This document shows, in pieces, positions 25,616 through 31,952 of a stretch of DNA of 31,952 nucleotides. This DNA is from a virus. Lineage: Duplodnaviria > Caudoviricetes. Where the stretch lies: positions 1 through 31,952 of IMG/VR virus record IMGVR_UViG_3300020045_003285; one strand, written 5' to 3'. Below the pieces are notes generated by a model. The model was not told where the DNA came from, ran no database searches, and saw nothing but the letters and a program-made list of their open reading frames with translations. Made by a program: the position numbers and the translations under genes. How positions within the stretch are numbered: the first letter of the stretch is position 1; every line of letters starts with the position of its first letter.

Positions 25616-26449
25616 TTAAAATTTGTTTAATAATTCTTTTAAATTCTCCGTGAAAAGAAGTGATTTCTCGGCTTCTTCATTTTCAAGTGATTTCTCGGCT
25701 TGTTTATTGTTACTTACTTGTCCAGTAGCAGAATTGCTACCAAAGACAACTAAACTTGATTCTCTTACGTTTTTAGCTTCTTTTATTGCAAAGAAGTAAT
25801 AGATATAGTCAAACTCATTTTTGTTTGCTATAAGCGGATAATATTTGTCGTAATTAGCTTTAGCTGTTGCATCATCAGGGTCGTTACTATCCATACATAA
25901 ATCGAATGTTACGTATTGCATCCTAACACTTGCTTCAATCTCATCGCCACTATCTAACCATTCTTTAACTAATTGATGTTTAACTTGTGATTTAGGCATT
26001 TTATAAATCAATGCTTGTGTATCGCCATCGTATGTTTTGCCTAATAAAGCGAACGGAACTTTAGCTACAAACATTTCAATATGTTCTTTTCTAACTATAA
26101 CCTTATCAACTTCTAATTCGTGGTCAATTACTAAATAGTTTTTACCTTGTTGCTCAGCTATTGATTTATTCCAAAGGTTATCTAAGTGCAAATCATCGTG
26201 ACTATCTAATATTTTAGTTGAGTTAACAGCAATGTAATAATAGTTATCATCTATTTTAATAGCTTTGTTTTGGTCTTGAAACTTCAATAAATCTAAAGAT
26301 TTACAAGTAACCGAAACACCTTTATCACAAGATTTTTGAATCTGTGACTTTTTAGCATCAATGATAAAATCAAGATTATCTTTCAAATCCTTAAACAACT
26401 CTTCTTTTGAGCTGTATGTTTTATCAGGAAAATAGTGTGACTTTATCAT
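25616..26449 (-). CDS. Prohead protease-like protein
   Basis: Between portal and capsid; DSHDDLH, LVIDH, EASV and ESSLVVFGSN resemble HK97-type protease motifs. Confidence 0.7.
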   Translation of the reverse strand: MIKSHYFPDKTYSSKEELFKDLKDNLDFIIDAKKSQIQKSCDKGVSVTCKSLDLLKFQDQNKAIKIDDNYYYIAVNSTKILDSHDDLHLDNLWNKSIAEQQGKNYLVIDHELEVDKVIVRKEHIEMFVAKVPFALLGKTYDGDTQALIYKMPKSQVKHQLVKEWLDSGDEIEASVRMQYVTFDLCMDSNDPDDATAKANYDKYYPLIANKNEFDYIYYFFAIKEAKNVRESSLVVFGSNSATGQVSNNKQAEKSLENEEAEKSLLFTENLKELLNKF

Positions 26450-26553
26450 TTCTTTACTTCTTTATCTTTGTTCTTATTCCTTTTTTCTAACTTCTTTAAA
26501 GCCTCTTTTTTAAGAAGTTCATCAATTTCTTTTTTAGTTAATTTAGTACTCAT
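26446..26553 (-). CDS. 35-aa Lys-rich protein (not in track)
   Basis: MSTKLTKKEIDELLKKEALKKLEKRNKNKDKEVKK; ATGA-coupled at both ends. Confidence 0.55.
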   Translation of the reverse strand: MSTKLTKKEIDELLKKEALKKLEKRNKNKDKEVKK

Positions 26554-26729
26554 GGGTTATTTTTTTTATATAATTGAGTAAATAAAATATTTTGTATTGC
26601 GTGAATATGAAATCTAATATCATTCGTATCATCAGGGTGTTTTTCTTCCTTAGGAATTTCTAAATACTTATTCCATAAATCAGCAGATATTTTTAAAACA
26701 TCATCTTGAATATTTTTATCTATACTCAT
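26550..26729 (-). CDS. 59-aa hypothetical protein (not in track)
   Basis: MSIDKNIQDDVLKISADLWNKYLEIPKEEKHPDDTNDIRFHIHAIQNILFTQLYKKNNP; coupled to the portal stop. Confidence 0.6.
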   Translation of the reverse strand: MSIDKNIQDDVLKISADLWNKYLEIPKEEKHPDDTNDIRFHIHAIQNILFTQLYKKNNP

Positions 26730-27937
26730 AGCTTTAATTTTAATTTAAAAGCATCGCTCATTTGTTTTGCCTCTTGTGATGTTATTGTTTGATTCTCAAT
26801 ACCTAATTTAATAGCAGTTTGCATTTCCGTAAATGATTTAATCTTTTCATTCATTACAGACTGCATAACTGGTAAATGGTCATAACTAGCAACCAATCTT
26901 TCGCCTCTTTCAAATAATCCCCATTGTTGAGATAACGAGTTCATATTGTTATCAGCACTTGTTTGAATTGAGTTTTGAATCCAACTAATAAAACCTTGAT
27001 TTTGATTTTCAAATGTTGAATCTTTAGCAAAATAATTAAGTACATTTTTATTCATTTCGTAAGCCAATAATAACTTATTAGCATCATCAGCGAATTGCTC
27101 ATCTAAATACAACTTCTTAAAATCACTTACTAAATGCTTTACATCAACATTAGCATTTGACAATATCAAAGAATTAGCTTCTATTTTACCCTCAATAGTT
27201 TTTCTATCTGTATCTTGTATTTGAGCCTCGTTACCAGTTGATTTATTCAAACCAATATACTTCTGTGACATCTTAAGGTTTTTGTTCTTAGAATAAAGAT
27301 TTTGTTCTATATTCTCAACTACCTTAGTATTTCCTTTTAATCTACTTGGACTTGTAAAAAATGAATTATTAGTTAATCCATTTGACAAATCGTATAAAGG
27401 TGTTAACGTGTTTAGCTTTAAATCGTACTCTTTTTTATCTAAAGTATATTTAATAACACGTTCCCCAAATGCTTTTTTGTCTTTATCAGTTACAATAAAT
27501 TTATCTATTTTATGAGCGTTGTTAAATTCAATTTCACTTGGAACTAAATTATAAATCGCTTTAGGTACATCGTTTGTAAATGGTTTAATTTCGTAAACGA
27601 AATTTGTACCAACCGCCGATAAAAAGAACATTTGTTGGAACAACCAATCCTCTCTACTTTGAAAATAGTTAGGCGTGTTTAATAGATTAATGTATGGACT
27701 ATTTTCTATTTCAACACCTTTAGCGTTTACGTGCTTAATTTGCATTTGAGAGTAAATGCGTGAACGTAACAAACCAATAGTTAACAACACTGGATTGTTT
27801 AACATTAACTCTAAATACTTATCAGAATTAGTAAACCCACTATTATCATCTAAAAATGAATATGTAAACTGACCAGCTCGGTTCCGCTCTACACGGAAAA
27901 GCTCTCTACCAAATAAACGTATTGATTTTGTTACCAT
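26726..27937 (-). CDS. Portal protein
   Basis: 403 aa between terminase and protease; LLNTPNYFQS, GTNFVY, STFENQ, SYDHLPVMQ are HK97-like portal features. Confidence 0.85.
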   Translation of the reverse strand: MVTKSIRLFGRELFRVERNRAGQFTYSFLDDNSGFTNSDKYLELMLNNPVLLTIGLLRSRIYSQMQIKHVNAKGVEIENSPYINLLNTPNYFQSREDWLFQQMFFLSAVGTNFVYEIKPFTNDVPKAIYNLVPSEIEFNNAHKIDKFIVTDKDKKAFGERVIKYTLDKKEYDLKLNTLTPLYDLSNGLTNNSFFTSPSRLKGNTKVVENIEQNLYSKNKNLKMSQKYIGLNKSTGNEAQIQDTDRKTIEGKIEANSLILSNANVDVKHLVSDFKKLYLDEQFADDANKLLLAYEMNKNVLNYFAKDSTFENQNQGFISWIQNSIQTSADNNMNSLSQQWGLFERGERLVASYDHLPVMQSVMNEKIKSFTEMQTAIKLGIENQTITSQEAKQMSDAFKLKLKL

Positions 27938-27943
27938 ATAAAC

Positions 27944-28078
27944 GTAAAAAAGTCCTACCTAAAATTAATTAAGTAAGACTTTCGTATTAAATTAGTGTTG
28001 TCGTTCATCCTAAAAAGAACTATGCATCTTCACATAGTTAGGCAAATATATAAAATATTATTTATAATTAGTATAAAT
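27944..28078 (-). promoter_or_regulatory. Portal leader: palindrome, promoter, hairpin, terminator-like hairpin
   Basis: Palindrome 28060-28078; TATATTTG 28050-28043; AACTATG-TGAAGATG-CATAGTT 28039-28018; AAAGTCTTAC-loop-GTAGGACTTT-TTT 27982-27946. Confidence 0.55.
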
Positions 28079-28410
28079 TAATAATTATTTTCAAAATCTT
28101 GATTTATAATATTTATTATTGTGTCAAAATCTGACTTTTCAATAAACTCATGAGATACTTTTAAAGTGCTTACTTGTTTTATATTATTTACTATTCTTTC
28201 TTTTCTTATTAAAAACAAAAGATTATGACTTGGTTTTCCGTTTTCGTCACATTCAAAAATATAAGTCTTATATTTATTTGGTATCTCATAAATTTTTAAA
28301 TCATAACAAAAAGAATCATTGATTGTTTTGTCAGTTTCTATTAAAGATAGTTTTTTAAATATCTCTTTACTGATTTTGCTATATTCTAAAGGTGCTTTTA
28401 ATTCATTCAT
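28078..28410 (-). CDS. Hypothetical protein (moron-like, own promoter at 28440-28433)
   Basis: ORF track; inserted between terminase and portal. Confidence 0.65.
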   Translation of the reverse strand: MNELKAPLEYSKISKEIFKKLSLIETDKTINDSFCYDLKIYEIPNKYKTYIFECDENGKPSHNLLFLIRKERIVNNIKQVSTLKVSHEFIEKSDFDTIINIINQDFENNY

Positions 28411-28445
28411 AATTTTATTTATTTAAGTTAAACAAATATAGTTAA

Positions 28446-28658
28446 TTATTTATTAATAAATGTAAATATACCTTTTGGTTTAGGCTCTATCTCAGGTAAT
28501 GAAAAAAAGTTTTCAATTTCTTTATCAATACTATCATTGATTGATTTTCTTATTTCATTAATGATATTCTCTTTGTAATTTTCATCATTAATACAAACCA
28601 TAGCAAACACGCCTTTTTTATATTCTATTTCTTTGTATATTTTTTCTGATTCTTTCAT
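28446..28658 (-). CDS. Hypothetical protein
   Basis: ORF track. Confidence 0.6.
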   Translation of the reverse strand: MKESEKIYKEIEYKKGVFAMVCINDENYKENIINEIRKSINDSIDKEIENFFSLPEIEPKPKGIFTFINK

Positions 28659-28672
28659 AATTATTGTTTTTA

Positions 28673-30001
28673 CTAAATAGATAATCTTCTTGTTTTAACA
28701 TACCAACTAACCCCCATTCTACAACAATCTAATGCGTGGTCGTTTTGGTTATCTTCTGGAACATCCATTTGTATACCTTGATACATTTTCCAGCTATAAT
28801 TTTCATATTCATTCTCTAGGTCTGTACTACAATCTGTATAAATAATATTACATTTTTGTATTGTTTCAATACCAGCATTAATACTTCCGTGACCTTTTTC
28901 TGCAAATATAATATTATAACCGCTATTCTTTAGTTTTGTACCCTCTGACTTGTTTAATTCGTTACCGCTATCGCAAACATTCTCTTTACTTTTTATTGTG
29001 TTAAGATTTTCAAATTCAGTTGATAATGTACCAGCCATTTGATTCATTGGCTTGTATAATCTTTGATGAAAGAAAAATGTTTTATCACCATCAAATTTAA
29101 ACTCTAAGTTAGCAGTTGGAGCCGATAAACCAAAATCGGTAGCGTAGTAACTTTGGTATGGTAAATCGTAAAACTCTTTTTCTTTTATTGTTTTCCATCC
29201 TTTAAATATACGATTTGGCTTTTCAGCTTTCATTCCTTTAGCATAAACTAAATGTAAATAATCATTTGCAGTTCCTTGTTCCTCGTTAAACAAAGCTCTT
29301 ATTAATTCTTTTATTTGTTTATCAGTAAAATTTAATTTATTTTCTTTTAAATCATAACTATAAACTTCTGATTGTTGTATTAAGTTGTTTTCTACTATTT
29401 CACAATATTTAACTGATAAATGTGATTCAATTTTCTTTTTTTGTTCAAAAGGAACAAAAGGATTATCTTTATATGTTGAGTGTATTACTATTGCGTTTTC
29501 TCTTTTTCCTAATTCATCTATAAAATGTTTTAATTTCGGATTCCAATCAATAATAACATAATCAATAGTACGCATATCTATTTGATTAAAAGCATCTTCT
29601 CCGAACTTGTAAGGCTCATTTAAGTGAGATACATTACCTTGAAAACCATGTACTCTATTTTCTTCGTCACCACCCATAAATTCTATAGTACTACCATTAG
29701 GGAAAGTATAAATAGATTCTGTTTTATTGAAATTAACATTTTCGTAATTTGGGAAAGTGGGAACTGCTTTTTTTAAATCAGCTAATATTGTCATTTTACA
29801 ATCAGCTTTTGTTTCTCTCCAAATAGAAACCCTTGTATTTGGTTTGGTAAGACATATTAGCCAATGAGTTTGTAATATAGAATAAGTTTTGCTTGAACGA
29901 GAACTTCCAGTATGAATTATATATTTATACTTTCTTGTTCCGTTTTCATTTTTAGCATTTATTGCATTCCAAGTTTTTTCAAAAACTATAGTCCCTTGCA
30001 T
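28673..30001 (-). CDS. terL: Terminase large subunit (PBSX/SPP1-like)
   Basis: Walker A GSSRSSKT, LNEP Walker B, IIDWNP, HSTYKDNPF, nuclease TDFG...CDS...NDHALDCCR. Confidence 0.92.
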   Translation of the reverse strand: MQGTIVFEKTWNAINAKNENGTRKYKYIIHTGSSRSSKTYSILQTHWLICLTKPNTRVSIWRETKADCKMTILADLKKAVPTFPNYENVNFNKTESIYTFPNGSTIEFMGGDEENRVHGFQGNVSHLNEPYKFGEDAFNQIDMRTIDYVIIDWNPKLKHFIDELGKRENAIVIHSTYKDNPFVPFEQKKKIESHLSVKYCEIVENNLIQQSEVYSYDLKENKLNFTDKQIKELIRALFNEEQGTANDYLHLVYAKGMKAEKPNRIFKGWKTIKEKEFYDLPYQSYYATDFGLSAPTANLEFKFDGDKTFFFHQRLYKPMNQMAGTLSTEFENLNTIKSKENVCDSGNELNKSEGTKLKNSGYNIIFAEKGHGSINAGIETIQKCNIIYTDCSTDLENEYENYSWKMYQGIQMDVPEDNQNDHALDCCRMGVSWYVKTRRLSI

Positions 30002-30453
30002 TAATCCTCTAATGGTTTTGTTATTTCTACTTGAATAGTAGTTGGATTTTGTTGTATTTCTTTGCCTTTAGTTGTTAAATCAACATTATCGGTTAATCCG
30101 TTTAAACGTTGTGTTATGCTTGGGTTGTAAATTCCAACCATCCCACCGCTTATTTGGTCTTCTTGAATATTTCGTTTAATGCGTGAACAGATACGGATAA
30201 AATCTGAGTATCTACCATCTTTATTCTCGAAATAGTCAGTTACATCTGTTATAACTTCTTGGTCATCTAAATAGTTTTGAAACCCTATAAAAGAAAGTGG
30301 TTTTTCTTTTTCCCTATGTACTTGGTCTGCATCTTTACCCACCCAATCTTTTACAATTATTGGTGATTTCTTAACTAACTCTTTATAATCTAAAAAGTGA
30401 TTCCAAAGTATTTCAGGTGATTCTATATTTTTAGGTCTTCCTAGCTTTGCCAT
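30001..30453 (-). CDS. terS: Terminase small subunit (P22 gp3-like)
   Basis: GRPKNIESPEILW...GIYNPSITQRLNGL...VDLTTKG; coupled to terL. Confidence 0.85.
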   Translation of the reverse strand: MAKLGRPKNIESPEILWNHFLDYKELVKKSPIIVKDWVGKDADQVHREKEKPLSFIGFQNYLDDQEVITDVTDYFENKDGRYSDFIRICSRIKRNIQEDQISGGMVGIYNPSITQRLNGLTDNVDLTTKGKEIQQNPTTIQVEITKPLED

Positions 30454-30526
30454 AATACCACAAACTTACAAATTTATTTTTAATTCTTGGTTGGTTAATG
30501 CGAAAAACTTTTCAGGTATCGCTTTT

Positions 30527-31078
30527 CTAATCTTTTGTTCTAATTCGTTTAGCATTGGTTAGGGGGTTTAAAATTAAATCCATTTCTTCTATTAATTTAG
30601 TGTATTGTCCTTTATTTTTCGATAATGGTAATAAATACTCAATAAAATGTTCTTGTTCTTTTTGATAGACTTTCAACATTCGTGATTTTGTTTCGCTTGA
30701 ATATTTAATATTCGCAAGTCTATCACATAATTTTACAAATGTTGCCCAAGTTGTTCTTCTGATTCCGTCATAGTATTTATTCCCAGCACGTTCACTTCTA
30801 TTTTTGCCTTTGTCATTTGTGACAGCATAAACAATTTCAGCAACATTTTCTCCAAATTCTTTTTTAATATCATTATAAGTTAATCGGCAATCTTCAATAG
30901 TATCGTGTAACCAACAAGCAGATAAGACTTCATGTTGGCATTGGTCAGGAATAATATCAATATATTTTCTAGCAATATTTACAACCATTGTCAAATGAAT
31001 TGAGTAAGGTTTATTGTCGTAAGTGTGGTTTGTTGAAGCGTGAGCTTCAATTGCAAAAATCATTGCTTTTGTTTCCAT
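30527..31078 (-). CDS. RelA/SpoT-type HD-domain hydrolase (small alarmone hydrolase/Mesh1-like)
   Basis: FAIEAH, PYSIHL, WLHDTIED, EFGENVAEIVYAVT, VKLCDRLAN; no synthetase domain. Confidence 0.88.
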   Translation of the reverse strand: METKAMIFAIEAHASTNHTYDNKPYSIHLTMVVNIARKYIDIIPDQCQHEVLSACWLHDTIEDCRLTYNDIKKEFGENVAEIVYAVTNDKGKNRSERAGNKYYDGIRRTTWATFVKLCDRLANIKYSSETKSRMLKVYQKEQEHFIEYLLPLSKNKGQYTKLIEEMDLILNPLTNAKRIRTKD

Positions 31079-31086
31079 CTCTCTAT

Positions 31087-31341
31087 CTATTTTATTTGGT
31101 TATTGTATTTAGTGTTGTAGTAGGTTTCGAATGATTCAACTCTATCGTATCCGTGCATATCATCATAAGTTACGTTTTCATTTCCAGCTTCCCAAAACTC
31201 TTCGTTAACTTGTTTTTCTTTTGGTAGTAGTTGTTTAGCTTTTTCAATAATTCTTGCCTTATTACTTATATTGATATTTGGATTTGTTTTAACCCATTCT
31301 ATCAACTCCTGCATCGGTGTAAGTTCTTTATTCTTTTCCAT
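31087..31341 (-). CDS. Hypothetical phage protein
   Basis: ORF track. Confidence 0.7.
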   Translation of the reverse strand: MEKNKELTPMQELIEWVKTNPNINISNKARIIEKAKQLLPKEKQVNEEFWEAGNENVTYDDMHGYDRVESFETYYNTKYNNQIK

Positions 31342-31528
31342 AAATATTTTGTTTAAAGTATTGTAATTTTTCTTCTAATGACATTTCATTAGGTAATTCA
31401 TATTTAGCGACATTGCACCATTTGAAGAACCTCACAGTAAAGTCATCGGTTATTTGTTCGCATTCGTCAAAATGACTACTTGGTGAATACGGAAATGCTT
31501 TTTTAAACTTCTCTCTTAATTTATTCAT
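31328..31528 (-). CDS. Hypothetical phage protein
   Basis: ORF track. Confidence 0.7.
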   Translation of the reverse strand: MNKLREKFKKAFPYSPSSHFDECEQITDDFTVRFFKWCNVAKYELPNEMSLEEKLQYFKQNIYGKE

Positions 31529-31533
31529 TTTGT

Positions 31534-31698
31534 TTAGGGTTTAGAGTTGTTAAAATAAAAATCGTACTCATCTTCGGTAATAATTTTTCCTTGTAAAGCA
31601 TATTTAAAATGCAATGGTTTTAATTCAAACTTGCTTTTAGTAAATCCACAACCAACATTATAAACAAATACTTTTTCTAATATTTCTGATAATTTCAT
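31534..31698 (-). CDS. 54-aa hypothetical protein (not in track)
   Basis: MKLSEILEKVFVYNVGCGFTKSKFELKPLHFKYALQGKIITEDEYDFYFNNSKP. Confidence 0.5.
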   Translation of the reverse strand: MKLSEILEKVFVYNVGCGFTKSKFELKPLHFKYALQGKIITEDEYDFYFNNSKP

Positions 31699-31793
31699 AA
31701 TTTAAATTCGTTTTTCAATTTAGTTAAATACTCATCCATTTTTTTTACTAACTCAGGTCTGAAACGCCTTTGATATAAAATGTTTCCTTTGGG

Positions 31794-31952
31794 TTAGTTT
31801 TGATTGTTATAAATTTCTACAGCCTTTTCAGTGGCTTTTTCTGTTGCTTCTTGGCGAGTTTTTTCTTTTCCGCCAAAACCTAATTTTTCGCTCAATACAG
31901 AATATGAAAATCCGTTTATTAATTCCAATTTGCTAATACTGACGAAGATTTT
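31794..31952 (-). CDS. 3' end of a gene paralogous to 4158-4475
   Basis: ...KTRQEATEKATEKAVEIYNNQN*. Confidence 0.65.
   Translation of the reverse strand, partial: KIFVSISKLELINGFSYSVLSEKLGFGGKEKTRQEATEKATEKAVEIYNNQN

Noticed and set aside
1817-25619. All plus-strand ORFs in the track (1817, 1939, 5782, 13574, 15322, 16254, 17266, 19935, 21153, 23178, 24810, 25275)
   Set aside because: They lie antisense to well-supported minus-strand genes, and their translations have the hydrophobic/Ser-rich look of shadow ORFs.
781-31078. Several proteins starting METK/METS
   Set aside because: Explained by A-rich translation-initiation bias in Bacteroidota (ATGGAAACAAA); no similarity beyond 4-5 codons.
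1-31952. Stop-codon reassignment, tRNA genes, introns or inteins
   Set aside because: Long core genes are intact in the standard code and all three stops are used; no cloverleaf or splicing motifs were noticed by eye.

Overview
AT-rich segment of a tailed dsDNA phage or prophage (siphovirus-like, HK97-fold capsid) infecting a Bacteroidota host, most likely Flavobacteriaceae, judged from TAnnTTTG promoters, AT-rich starts without Shine-Dalgarno sequences and a DUF3127 gene. Every credible gene is on the minus strand. In transcription order (right to left): small middle genes and a RelA/SpoT-type HD hydrolase; terminase small and large subunits; portal; prohead protease; major capsid; head-tail genes; major tail; tape measure; tail-tip/fibre genes; a lysis cassette (membrane proteins, GH24 lysozyme, unimolecular-spanin-like lipoprotein); many small early genes; a DNA methyltransferase; and a recombination module (unknown protein, YqaJ exonuclease, DUF3127). 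No integrase, tRNA or CRISPR array is visible. The most unusual signals are non-coding. (1) Three promoter-proximal leaders share no sequence but share a two-hairpin fold with perfectly complementary loops (kissing loop/pseudoknot). (2) A 19-bp palindrome, ATTTAGAATNATTCTAAAT, resembling the Flavobacteriia Fur box recurs at several promoters. (3) A promoter-leader cassette is duplicated and each copy is followed by a paralogous small regulator. (4) An iteron/DnaA-box-like repeat cluster lies at about 5.73-5.87 kb. All protein calls come from motif recognition and gene order, not database searches.
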